Under the pieces are notes generated by a model. The model saw only the letters and a list, made by a program, of their open reading frames with translations. It searched no databases and was not told the origin of the DNA. From contig CP147779.1 of NCBI GenBank assembly GCA_037308085.1, forward strand, positions 64,001 through 128,000: DNA of 64,000 nt. Reading direction: 5' to 3'. A program made the position numbers and the translations under genes. Origin of the DNA: Promethearchaeati archaeon SRVP18_Atabeyarchaeia-1 (GTDB lineage Archaea > Asgardarchaeota > Atabeyarchaeia > Atabeyarchaeales > Atabeyarchaeaceae). Below are positions 1 through 9,559 of this stretch, one piece after another; positions within the stretch are counted from its first letter, which is position 1, and each line of letters opens with the position of its first letter.

Positions 1-81
1 CAAGTGACGAGCTCCGCGCACGTTGAAAGAGCCTAGATCAAAGGTATCTGGAAGAATGTCAACTGGAGGTTGAATCAGGAA

Positions 82-438
82 TTGGGTGGTGGCGGAAAAA
101 GAAAATCCATCGCAGCTTCTGAGAAGTCGCAGTCTCGAGGCGGAGGCAAAGAGGGAGAAGGAAAAGAAGAAAAGAAAGCCTCAACGGAACAGAAAACAGG
201 TCCACGTTCGGTCGTCACTAGCGAAGAGCTGCTGAAGACTATCAAGAAGGAGTCTCTGAAGACGCCTGCAATAACGCCCTACGCTATAGCATCAAAATAC
301 AATCTAAAGATCAGCACAGCAAAGGCGTTGCTCAAGGACTTCGCAACGGCCAACCTGATCAGGAAGGCTGCAAGCAACCGGCGAACCATTGTGTATACAC
401 CTGTGCAAGCCAAACCTGAACAGGCCCCTGCAGCGTAG
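82..438 (+). CDS. rps25e: 30S ribosomal protein S25e
   Basis: Lys-rich N-terminus MGGGGKRK followed by the wHTH core ITPYAIASKYNLKISTAKALL...IVYTP; TTG start at 82 after GGAGGT (ORF track starts at 70). Confidence 0.85.
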   Translation: MGGGGKRKSIAASEKSQSRGGGKEGEGKEEKKASTEQKTGPRSVVTSEELLKTIKKESLKTPAITPYAIASKYNLKISTAKALLKDFATANLIRKAASNRRTIVYTPVQAKPEQAPAA

Positions 439-516
439 CATACAGGTCGAGTGTGGATTCAGAGTCCTTTGGCAAGCGATCTGGAATCTTCCCTACTTCA
501 CAAGGAGCGCTTTTTC

Positions 517-891
517 ATGTCTGATGCAGGGAGATATAGAGTTGTTTTTAGAATCGAGGGGGTAGGGGAGGCTAAGGGTGAGCTTATCCGCATCAAGGCG
601 CCCCTTACTGCTGAGAACGTCTGGAAAGCAATCCCCATTACGGGCATAGCGAGCATCTGGAAGAACGCAGAGGTATACTTCCCAGCAGGAATCAAGAGGG
701 GATCGGAAAAAGCAACAAGGAAGATCGAAGAAGGAGATATAGCATATTGGCCTCTGGGAGATGCAATATGCGTATTCCTTGATAACGTGGAACCCTACTC
801 AGATGTGAATCGAATTGGGAGGATAACGGATGGACTAGCACTCTTCAGCAAAGCCAGACAGGGAACAAAGGTTACTCTAGATAGAGACTGA
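517..891 (+). CDS. cyclophilin-like fold protein (DUF369/TM1367-like)
   Basis: APLTAENVWKAIP...EVYF...GDIAYWPLGDAICVF...VNRIGRI motifs; ATG at 517. Confidence 0.75.
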   Translation: MSDAGRYRVVFRIEGVGEAKGELIRIKAPLTAENVWKAIPITGIASIWKNAEVYFPAGIKRGSEKATRKIEEGDIAYWPLGDAICVFLDNVEPYSDVNRIGRITDGLALFSKARQGTKVTLDRD

Positions 892-1192
892 AACCCCAGA
901 ATGCGGAGACGCTCTACAAATGAAGCATCCTGGAACCTCCAATCTACTTGGGCTCAGGAAAATATATAGGGATCAGCAATCATTATCCGTTTTTCTCAAA
1001 TGCTTGGGTTCAAGCTGAGTCATCGAACGAATGTGGAATTCTCAAGCTAGGAACGTAACGAGATATCGAATGGCAAATCACGAGACGTGAGGGTTAGAGG
1101 TTATGTCTTTCAAGGCAAGACATGATGATCAGCTTAGGCATCTGCGATAAACCCATTGAACAAGGAGCCTTAGAGGGGGAAAAGACACCACG

Positions 1193-2566
1193 ATAGTCGA
1201 CGAAGTACAGATCTCGAAGATCTTTGAACCTGACAAAGTGACCTTGATAGGTTCATCTCAGCTTCGAGAGTCTGTCGGAATGATGAACCCGCGCATATTT
1301 GATTCTATATATCATAACCTTACGAAGTTCTTCAAGGGCAAGGTCGCAAAGTGCGACGTGGGTACCGATGTAAGAACGCTTAAGAGTATCCACCTTGATG
1401 CCGATCTAGTCGTTGTAGTCCTGTCAGCCGCATTAGCGAATGAGGCTCTTGAGATCTCTGGAGAAAGCGGCGTGAAGAACGCAATTGTCATCCCCGGAGG
1501 TTTTAAGGATACCGAGAGAAGGAAGCTTGTTGACATCGCTAGAGCCAAGAGGATGCGAGTCCTGGGTCCCAACGCTATCATGGGAGTGATCAATACAAGG
1601 AACGGGCTGAACACGACCTTTGAAATGGATATGATGCCTAAGCTCGGAGGGCTTTCCATCATCAGCCAGAGTGGGGGAGTTGGGGCAGCACTCATAGACT
1701 GGGCGATATACTACGGGGTTGGAATTAGCAAGTTCATCTGGCTGGGCGACAAGGCTGACATTAACGAAACAGACTTGCTCAACTATTTGAGCTACGACAA
1801 CGACACTCGCGTCATCTTGATGTATCTGGAGAGCGTCAAGGACGGAAGGACATTCCTGAAAACGGTCAGGCAAGTAACCGAGAGAAAGCCTATCGTGATT
1901 CTTAAAGGTGGGGTCTCAGAAGAGGCCAAGGCTAGGGCGCTAAGCCATACCGCAGCGATAAGCGCCGGCAGTGACACCATATTCAGGGTTGGGGCAAAAC
2001 AAAACGGTGCCATAATGGTTGACTCAATGGAGCAACTTTTCATCGCTGGCGAGGTCTTGGAGAAGCAACCTCCAATGAACGGCGACAAAGTGGTAATTGT
2101 CTCAAACGTGGGGGGTCCGGCCGTGCTAATGGCCGATGCTTCTCAACAGTATGGGTTGAGGCTCGCCAAACTCTCCGAGGAGGTGGCGAAGAAGATAGAA
2201 GCCAAGTATCCTGGGGTTGAAGCGCTGAACCCACTAGACATCATAGCAGACGCGAGGGGAGATCGCTACAAGGATATTCTCGAAAGCGTTTTGGCAGAGG
2301 AAGAAGTCAACGGCGCTCTTGTGATCAACATGTTGAAGTCGTGCCTTACCCTACCTGACGACGTCAGAATTCTTCCAGAGTTGGCGAAGCGCTATCCCGA
2401 CAAGCCGATCATAGACTGCATCCCTGGCGGGGAGGACTACAAGAAAATCCGCGATATACTAAGCAACACAAATGTGCCCGTCTTCAATACTCCAGACAAG
2501 GCGGTTTTCGCGCTAAAGGTGCTGAACAACTATGGGAAATATCTCTCAAGGATGAGAAGGGAATAG
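1193..2566 (+). CDS. acdA: ADP-forming acyl-CoA synthetase, alpha subunit (CoA-binding and ligase domains)
   Basis: RVLGPN, ISQSGG, GDKADINETDLL, YLESVKDGR, phospho-His motif SHT, NPLDI. The conserved N-terminal IFEPDKVTLIGSS lies upstream of the track's GTG at 1238; probable ATA start at 1193. Confidence 0.85.
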   Translation: MVDEVQISKIFEPDKVTLIGSSQLRESVGMMNPRIFDSIYHNLTKFFKGKVAKCDVGTDVRTLKSIHLDADLVVVVLSAALANEALEISGESGVKNAIVIPGGFKDTERRKLVDIARAKRMRVLGPNAIMGVINTRNGLNTTFEMDMMPKLGGLSIISQSGGVGAALIDWAIYYGVGISKFIWLGDKADINETDLLNYLSYDNDTRVILMYLESVKDGRTFLKTVRQVTERKPIVILKGGVSEEAKARALSHTAAISAGSDTIFRVGAKQNGAIMVDSMEQLFIAGEVLEKQPPMNGDKVVIVSNVGGPAVLMADASQQYGLRLAKLSEEVAKKIEAKYPGVEALNPLDIIADARGDRYKDILESVLAEEEVNGALVINMLKSCLTLPDDVRILPELAKRYPDKPIIDCIPGGEDYKKIRDILSNTNVPVFNTPDKAVFALKVLNNYGKYLSRMRRE

Positions 2567-2636
2567 AGTCCCTAGAAAACACTGGGCTTCCTAACATCAT
2601 TGACTTCGTTAACGCGGTTGCTGGTGCTTCCTAGTT

Positions 2637-3968
2637 TCACTGCTTTTTGATCTTCTTCAGGAAATCAGAGACTATGTCGTCCAAGTCGGGTTTTGTTAAC
2701 TCTTCCAGTTCATAACATACTTGTGCAAGGGGTTTTTCGATCTTCATTATTCTGTTGAGATCGATCGGGGTCGCTGATAGCACCGTATCACAGGGTGTAT
2801 CCCTTATTGTTTTCTCCAAGTCCTTTATCTGTTCAGGCGAGTACCCCATAGTAGGTAATAGCGCTCCCACATTCTTGTATTTGTTGAACGTATCCTTTAT
2901 AGTCCCGGCCGCATACGGGTGAGGATCCACTATGACTGCCTTCAGGTTCTTGGCCGCGACGGTCCCTGCGCCATATGGAGTCTGCCCATGCGTCACAGTC
3001 GGTCCATCTTCGATGACTAGCACCTTCTTGCCTTTGACCAATTCAGGGTGGTCAACATCTATCTTTGACTTCGCATCAATAATGATGGCCTTCGAATTCA
3101 CCCTCGCGATGTTTGACTTCACCAGATCTACTGCTTCCTTCTTTGCCACGTCAACCTTGTTTATCACGATGACGTCAGACATTATTACGTTTGTTTCGCC
3201 AGGGTATGATCCTACTTCTTGACCAGGTCTCAGCGCATCTGCCACCGTGATCAGTAGGTCTGGAGTGAAAAAGGACATGTCGTTGTTTCCGCCGTCCCAG
3301 AGAACTATGTCGGCCTCCTTCTCAGCTTTCCGAAGGATTTTCTCATAGTCCACTCCAGCGTACACAATCGTTCCCATGTTTATGTGAGGCTCGTATTCTT
3401 CCCGCTCCTCAATTGTGCACCTGGCGGCATCCAGATCTTCAAGGCTTGCAAAGCGTTGAACCGCCTGAGACGCGAGGTCAGGGTCATATGGCATCGGATG
3501 CCGGACTGCGACCAACTTGACTCCCCTGCTCTTCAGGATCCTCGAGATTCTGCGAGTAACCGTACTCTTGCCGGCCCCCGTCCTGACGGCGCATATTGCT
3601 ATGACAGGGACCTTAGACTTGATGCAGGTGGACTTTGGCCCCATCAATACGAAGTCGGCGCCAGACGCGAGAACTAAGGAGGCCTTGTGCATGACAACGT
3701 CATGTTGAAGGTCACTGTAGGCTAAGACTACCTCGTCAACACCGTTCTTCTTCACAAGCGTGCTTAGCTCTTGCTCAGGTTTGATGGGTATGCCCTTCGG
3801 GTACAAGGGACCAGAAAGCTCGGGGGGATAGCTTCTGTCCTCAATCCCCGGTATCTGAGTCGCCGTGAATGCGACGACTTCATATGCCTTGTTACTCTTG
3901 AAGAAGACGTTAAAGTTGTGGAAGTCTCTTCCGGCAGCTCCCATTATAATGACTTTTCTTCTCTCCAA
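2637..3968 (-). CDS. arcE: arginine synthetase-like / cyclic 2,3-diphosphoglycerate synthetase-like P-loop protein (COG2403)
   Basis: Signature IIMGAAGRDFHNFN...VVAFTATQIP, P-loop AVRTGAGKS, RHPMPY, TIEEREEYE, WDGGNND, EDGPTVTHG. Confidence 0.7.
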   Translation of the reverse strand: MERRKVIIMGAAGRDFHNFNVFFKSNKAYEVVAFTATQIPGIEDRSYPPELSGPLYPKGIPIKPEQELSTLVKKNGVDEVVLAYSDLQHDVVMHKASLVLASGADFVLMGPKSTCIKSKVPVIAICAVRTGAGKSTVTRRISRILKSRGVKLVAVRHPMPYDPDLASQAVQRFASLEDLDAARCTIEEREEYEPHINMGTIVYAGVDYEKILRKAEKEADIVLWDGGNNDMSFFTPDLLITVADALRPGQEVGSYPGETNVIMSDVIVINKVDVAKKEAVDLVKSNIARVNSKAIIIDAKSKIDVDHPELVKGKKVLVIEDGPTVTHGQTPYGAGTVAAKNLKAVIVDPHPYAAGTIKDTFNKYKNVGALLPTMGYSPEQIKDLEKTIRDTPCDTVLSATPIDLNRIMKIEKPLAQVCYELEELTKPDLDDIVSDFLKKIKKQ

Positions 3969-4264
3969 ACTCAGTCACCTGTTCGCGACCCTCATCCGTG
4001 AATCCAATCAGAATTGTATTAATCGCACAGATCCGCTAGAAACGAATCCGATGGCCTCTTAGAGGGCAGTTGAAGCTTGATCAAGATTATTGTAGGCGAT
4101 TTAAAAAGGTATTGCATCAAGAACTCGGTCTGAATCAGTAGAAAAAGGATGGAAACAACTGAAAAGTTTGTTCTTTCCTGGTTGGATGAGAGCACCATCT
4201 GAAGAACGCCAAGCGATAAGAGAAAGCTCAATTCCTTTGCTGCTCTTAGGTTGTGGGGAGGCGT

Positions 4265-4492
4265 TCAGTCTCTCAGCCAAAACTCGGCACGACAATTCTC
4301 ACAGACAACCCTTCGCTTCAGTTTTCCGGAAGAGTAGTAGACCTCGATTTTGAAGGGTCTGTCACAGGAGCCACATCTACAATCCTCGGACTCCCTGACC
4401 TCCACAAGAACTAGGTTCTTCTTCTCTTCCTCATTGTCCTTTTGCTTCTCCTGAAACCTTTCCTGCCAACTCTTCAATCTTTTTCGCTCCAT
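4265..4492 (-). CDS. small hypothetical Zn-binding protein
   Basis: ATG ORF co-oriented with albA; CGSC and CENC pairs. Confidence 0.5.
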   Translation of the reverse strand: MERKRLKSWQERFQEKQKDNEEEKKNLVLVEVRESEDCRCGSCDRPFKIEVYYSSGKLKRRVVCENCRAEFWLRD

Positions 4493-4621
4493 AAGTCATC
4501 CGACGTCATGATTCCAGAAAATCCGGCGGGAGCAAGAATCTGCGTTGCCAATGCTCCCCTCTACTAAATTTCTTCAGCAGTATTGCAGTAACAAAAGAGA
4601 GATTGAGTCGTAGAGTACCAT

Positions 4622-4969
4622 CTACGCCTTCTCAAGCATTATAGTGATTGTGGACACGTTTCTCTTTATGTTGTCTTCACTGATTACCTCTGTTCCGATC
4701 TCAATCGACTTGACTTTGCATTTGTCCTGTAGAAACCTTGCTCTGGTGATCTCAGCGACGTCCACGGCCTTCGATATGACTCGACCTCGCGCTTTGATCG
4801 CAACGTTGTCAGAACCTTTGCTGAATTGCAGCACTGTAGCGAGTACATAATTCATTGTATTCTTATTGCCAACATAGATTGTGTTCTCAGGTGGACGCTC
4901 TCTCTTCTCTGGGTGTTCTTTCGGAGCATCCTTTACTTCTTTACTGTCACGTACCTTTTTTTCGGGCAT
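4622..4969 (-). CDS. albA: DNA/RNA-binding protein Alba
   Basis: IYVGNKNTMNYVLA...IKARGRVISKAVDVAEI...NVSTITIML. Confidence 0.95.
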   Translation of the reverse strand: MPEKKVRDSKEVKDAPKEHPEKRERPPENTIYVGNKNTMNYVLATVLQFSKGSDNVAIKARGRVISKAVDVAEITRARFLQDKCKVKSIEIGTEVISEDNIKRNVSTITIMLEKA

Positions 4970-5238
4970 TCGTGTTCAACTCTCTATCTTTGTTTCTATT
5001 ATGCGGGCGTATCCCACTGTCCTGCTAAGCTGTGCTGTCATTTAGACCGCTTTGGAGGAGAAAGGTGTACTTCTATCTATTTAATACTTTTCTCGTAACT
5101 CACCAAAGTCGATAGACATTGTGGCAGTGAAACTCGCTTCGTATCTCTCTCTCGCGCGGATCCTCGGCCCGATCTAGTAAGCACTCTGTCTGCGTTTCAT
5201 ATGCCTTCACCAATAGATTTTTTAGGCGCAATAGGAAG

Positions 5239-6018
5239 ATGGCGTCTAGAGCAGCAGATACACAGGAGAATCGTCAATTGACTCCACGTTATGATTTCCC
5301 CCGGAAGATGCAGTCACAAGATTCGAGACAGACACCTAGAAGGGGTTTCGTGAAACGACCACTTAAGGTACTGCTGGCCGCAATTGTCTTCCTGTTCTTT
5401 GGGATCTTCAGGCTCAGGAGCATAACGTGGTTCACCTACGATATGTGGGGGATGTACCAGAGCTACTTGTCCGGGTACTTGGGGGGCGCAGTTCTCTCAG
5501 GGGTAATCAACTTCACTCAGCTAGGATACGTTACGGTTCAGCCTTGGCTTAATGCATGGCAGAATCTCTCCAATGGGAGTATGTTCTCTTTCGACAGCTT
5601 TACAACCACATGGTACCTGATCAGCGGAATTGAAATCGTCATCGCAGCGATAGCAATTCTGGCAGCATACTCGACGCTCATGCTCCGGAGAAGCTGGATA
5701 GCGAAAATCGGCGCGGTGACACTTATCATTGCAGGCATCCTCGATGTGGCCAGCCCATATCCCTTGATTGAGAGCATTCTGGGAATAGCTGCAATTTTCG
5801 TGCTGCTCAGGCCGGACGTAAGAGATGCTTATACCTTGAAAGAGGGAAGGACAACTCCACCGGCAAGAGGAGGACTTGAAGAGGAAGTTACATTCAAGGC
5901 TGACTTGGAAACTCCGAAGGAGAAAAGGAGAACCGGGAGAAAGTGTCCGAAGTGTGGACTGCTCCTTCCACCCTCTGCAAAAGTGTGTCGCAGGTGCGGG
6001 ACAAGATTACTCGAATAG
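5239..6018 (+). CDS. membrane protein with C-terminal zinc ribbon
   Basis: About 4 hydrophobic segments followed by CPKCG...CRRCGTRL. Confidence 0.65.
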   Translation: MASRAADTQENRQLTPRYDFPRKMQSQDSRQTPRRGFVKRPLKVLLAAIVFLFFGIFRLRSITWFTYDMWGMYQSYLSGYLGGAVLSGVINFTQLGYVTVQPWLNAWQNLSNGSMFSFDSFTTTWYLISGIEIVIAAIAILAAYSTLMLRRSWIAKIGAVTLIIAGILDVASPYPLIESILGIAAIFVLLRPDVRDAYTLKEGRTTPPARGGLEEEVTFKADLETPKEKRRTGRKCPKCGLLLPPSAKVCRRCGTRLLE

Positions 6019-6103
6019 TTACTCAATGACAGTGGCATTAGCCGAATCTATCTCAATTCTATAAATAAGTGTCCAGATTGGTTTTGAAAGGAGTTGATTC
6101 TTC

Positions 6104-6496
6104 TTGAAAAAATCCAGAGCTGTCGCTTTAATCGTGGTTCTCGTAATTGGCATACTACTGCTTCTCCCCTATTTCATAGAGGGGCTAGTTTGGGACACGC
6201 TCATGATGTCTGTTCTATATGGCATTGGAATGGTCGCCCTTGTAGCGCTGCTCCTCATAAGTCCAACACGACAGAATGCACAGGGCAAGGCAAAGGGTGG
6301 AGAGACAGATGAGATCAAGATGACAACTTCTCTTGCCTGCCATGACTGCGACTTCTCGCAAGAGAGGGAATTCCAGAAAGGTGATTTCATTGGAAAAGTG
6401 CTTGGCAAGTGTCCCAAGTGCAAGAAGGGAGAACTCTACATAAGGGCAATATACACGGTCGAAGAGAAGAAAAGTGGGAAGCGCCGACTCCCATAA
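6104..6496 (+). CDS. archaeal membrane-anchored zinc-ribbon protein
   Basis: Two TM helices then CHDC...REFQKGDFIGK...CPKC...YIRAIY. Confidence 0.7.
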   Translation: MKKSRAVALIVVLVIGILLLLPYFIEGLVWDTLMMSVLYGIGMVALVALLLISPTRQNAQGKAKGGETDEIKMTTSLACHDCDFSQEREFQKGDFIGKVLGKCPKCKKGELYIRAIYTVEEKKSGKRRLP

Positions 6497-6541
6497 ACCC
6501 TGCTGCCCGCTTTCCTTCAAAAGAGTGCCTCTTCCAGCCAA

Positions 6542-6997
6542 CTATGAAAAAGAAGTCTCCATGCCGAGCTTTCCAAGCGTCTTCTTGAGCCAATAGTTGT
6601 CTTCTATGATGTGAGAGAACTGGTTACAGGTTTCCTGCATCGCCTTCTTCTTCCCACTTTCTGCAGCTTTAACGAAGCTCTTGGCGAATTTCATGCTCTC
6701 CATTCCACCTAGTCCTTTGGAATCGGCAGTCTTGATTAGGTCGGAAGCCTCCTTCTTCTTTGCTGAACGCAGCAACACCACAACGGCGTTCAAGATAGAG
6801 TCTGATGCACCCGTTCTGTTCTTCCCAGCGATCGATTCTTCGCTGGATTTTGCAAAGCAATCAGATGCCTTCGGAAAGTCCTCAGTATCTGAGAAACAGA
6901 AACCAGCGCTGTTCCAGCGCTCGGCGGATAGGCTGTGATCGCCTCTCTTCGATTCCGCCTCAGCCTGTTCCACGAATTTCTTGCATTCTTCGGACAC
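6542..6997 (-). CDS. helical-repeat protein resembling a minimal SNAP (NSF attachment protein)
   Basis: GTG at 6997 after GAGGTG; TPR-like SAERWNSAGFCF/KASDCFAKS and an alpha-SNAP-like C-terminus (see findings). Confidence 0.5.
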   Translation of the reverse strand: MSEECKKFVEQAEAESKRGDHSLSAERWNSAGFCFSDTEDFPKASDCFAKSSEESIAGKNRTGASDSILNAVVVLLRSAKKKEASDLIKTADSKGLGGMESMKFAKSFVKAAESGKKKAMQETCNQFSHIIEDNYWLKKTLGKLGMETSFS

Positions 6998-7219
6998 GCA
7001 GTCTACACCTCTCTTCTTAGATGAGTGCTTCCGATCATGAGATTCTCCTGACCTTAAAAAGCATTCTGATGACGAGGATAACTGGCAAGAGGAAGAAAGC
7101 ATTATAATAGTGGTTTCAGAAATAACCATCAGGAAATGTAGAGTTAATCGTCTCGGTCGGGGAACTGCCGGCTGACTCCGAACGAGTTAGATGACTGCGG
7201 ATCACGGAGAGTAACGGAA

Positions 7220-8071
7220 TTGCGAATAGCAGTGAGCACAAGCTGTTTTCTGGAGAAGCATGAGGGGTACATCATACCAACCAAGATTCCCGCAAAGGTT
7301 ACTTCAGCTTATGATTTAGAGTTGCAGGTCGATCGGGGATTCACTTATGAGAGCCTTGCAGATCTCAAGATAAAGTCGATACACTTGCCATTCGCCCGAT
7401 ATATACCGGCGGTCAAGTCTGGTAGGAAGGTATACCTTGAAGGAAGAACGGTGAACATCGCCAACATTGATGGAAAGAGATGGAAGCGTGATCTTGACTA
7501 CTGCAAGAGTGTTGTGAGACTCTCTCGTGGAAGAGGAATTGAGAACGCGATACTGCACTACGGCAATTGCACTTGTAGCGCAGAGGCGTACCAGAATCCG
7601 CATCATAGAGAGCTTCACTGGGAGATAGAGCTCAGGTTTCTGAAGGAAGTCAGCAAGTCACTGAAAGCGGCCGGGATCAGGCTTCTTATCGAAAACCACC
7701 CTTACCAAGACCGGATCTTCAAAAGCCACAGTACACATATCCAGAGCATCATCGATGAAAAGGTTGGAAGCCTCTGTTTCGATCTTGCGCATGCGTTCAT
7801 CAGGCACAAGCGGTTCGGTGATGAGGAGCCCGCCAAGTTGATAGACAGGTTCAAGGGCGACATCTTCGAGGTGCACCTAGCCGACAATGATGGAGAGACG
7901 TCGGAGCCACTTCAGCTTGGGATCGGGAAAATGCCTTGGCAGGAGTTCACTAAGGCTATCAACATTGAGCGGGAAGAAGTCCTGACAGTAGTTGAACTTC
8001 ACAGAGAACCGATGCAATCTATAGATCTATTAAGAACGCTAAGCAAGGGGAGCCCCGCCATCGAAAAGTAG
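7220..8071 (+). CDS. sugar-phosphate isomerase/epimerase family TIM barrel (AP endonuclease 2 fold)
   Basis: SIHLP, LLIEN, CFDLAHA, EVHLADN, LGIGKMPW, VVE motifs. Confidence 0.8.
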   Translation: MRIAVSTSCFLEKHEGYIIPTKIPAKVTSAYDLELQVDRGFTYESLADLKIKSIHLPFARYIPAVKSGRKVYLEGRTVNIANIDGKRWKRDLDYCKSVVRLSRGRGIENAILHYGNCTCSAEAYQNPHHRELHWEIELRFLKEVSKSLKAAGIRLLIENHPYQDRIFKSHSTHIQSIIDEKVGSLCFDLAHAFIRHKRFGDEEPAKLIDRFKGDIFEVHLADNDGETSEPLQLGIGKMPWQEFTKAINIEREEVLTVVELHREPMQSIDLLRTLSKGSPAIEK

Positions 8072-8319
8072 TTGTCACAGAATAGTCTCGCGGTCCGGAG
8101 ACCACCGAGGGCAGACTCCCGTCTGAGCTGCGGCTGGTTTAGAACCGCTACCGCACCCTGACACAATCTCCGACCAGAAAGTTGAAAAGTCACTTAGGTG
8201 GCGCGCCCAGTGTCCAGATCGCAGGTCTTGCGTGCCAGATCAATAAATCTTTAATATGGGTAACTACGCAATCTCAAGCATAAGATGTTTTCAGCGATTA
8301 TTTGGAGGCAGCATAGGTT

Positions 8320-9519
8320 TTGAGGAAGGTTGCTATTGTCGGCGCGGGTTTGACGCGGTTCTCCAGCTCCAGAAGCGATGCAAGTCAGGAGGAATTGCTT
8401 GCCGAAGCTATGAGGCAAGCCACGGCAGATATGGGAATGACGTGGGGCGATCTACGAAATGAAGTCGATATGGGCATAGGAGCATACTGCAGTGACTTCT
8501 TCAACCAGCAACTAATGTTTGGTGCGACAGTCCAAGACTACTTTGGGCTGTGCCCGAAACCGAACATCCGAGTCGAAGCTGTTGGAGCAACTGGCGGTCA
8601 GGGCATTAGAACCGCACTTGCGTATATTGCGGCAAGTACATTGTACGATGTCATCGTCTTATTCAGCTGGGAAAAGATGTCTGAGGTTAGCTACCCCCAG
8701 GCTCTGGACTTCCTGGGAAGGAACCTTGACCTTGACTTCGAGTACTACCCCGTTGGTGTGACTATTCCGACGATTCACGGCATGATGGCCGGAGCGCATG
8801 CCAGAAGGTTTGGAACCACGAGGGAGCAGATGGCTAAGGTCGCCATCAAGAATACAAAGAACGCGATTAACAATCCCTTTGTGGAGTTCGGGGCGGAAAT
8901 AGGAGTTGATGATGTCCTGAATGCGAAGCCTCTTTTCAGTCCTCTGGGCGAAAGGGATTTTGCACCCGCATCCGACGGCGCGGCAATTCTAGTACTGGCA
9001 TCAGAAGACAAAGCTAGGAAGTTCACGGACACCCCCATATGGATATCTGGGACTGGCTGTGGAACCGAGAAACTCTTCCACCGAAGATCCATGGAAGAGA
9101 TCCCCAAACTAAGCTCAACCAGTGTAGCCGCCAAGCAGGCATACGCCATGGCTGGAATAAAAGATCCCGTGAAGGAACTCAACTGCGCTGAGGTATATGA
9201 CATTTCCACGATCTACGAAATCATGGCTTACGAGTCTCTAGGTTTCTGCGGGGCTGGCGAAGGAGGAAAGCTCATTGATGAAGGCTTAACACAAAAGGAT
9301 GGAAGCCTTCCAGTGAACGTGGGCGGAGGATGCTTCGGCGCTGGCATGGCGCTCGGACCGATTGGAGTGAAGCAAGCAGCCGAGATGTTTTGGCAGCTCA
9401 GAGATGAAGCTGACAAGCATATGAGAGGTAGCGTCCAAATCAAGGGAGCCGAGAAGGGTCTAATACACGCCGAGTCTGGCTACGGCGTATACAGCGTAGT
9501 TCACATTCTGGAGAGGTGA
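8320..9519 (+). CDS. SCP2-type thiolase-fold protein lacking canonical thiolase catalytic residues
   Basis: MRKVAIVGAG, VEAVGATGG (no Cys), SDGAA, AEVYD, PVNVGGG; GHP replaced by GMA. Confidence 0.9.
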   Translation: MRKVAIVGAGLTRFSSSRSDASQEELLAEAMRQATADMGMTWGDLRNEVDMGIGAYCSDFFNQQLMFGATVQDYFGLCPKPNIRVEAVGATGGQGIRTALAYIAASTLYDVIVLFSWEKMSEVSYPQALDFLGRNLDLDFEYYPVGVTIPTIHGMMAGAHARRFGTTREQMAKVAIKNTKNAINNPFVEFGAEIGVDDVLNAKPLFSPLGERDFAPASDGAAILVLASEDKARKFTDTPIWISGTGCGTEKLFHRRSMEEIPKLSSTSVAAKQAYAMAGIKDPVKELNCAEVYDISTIYEIMAYESLGFCGAGEGGKLIDEGLTQKDGSLPVNVGGGCFGAGMALGPIGVKQAAEMFWQLRDEADKHMRGSVQIKGAEKGLIHAESGYGVYSVVHILER

Positions 9520-9559
9520 ACAGGAGACAAAGCATGCAGGAAGGAGGATTGAGTAACAC

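Noticed and set aside
1122-1175. C/D-box sRNA suggested by ATGATGA
   Set aside because: No CTGA D box at a suitable distance.
7158-7180. Archaeal SECIS-like GAA/A motif in the hairpin
   Set aside because: The apical stem does not pair, and no in-frame TGA selenoprotein candidate is nearby.
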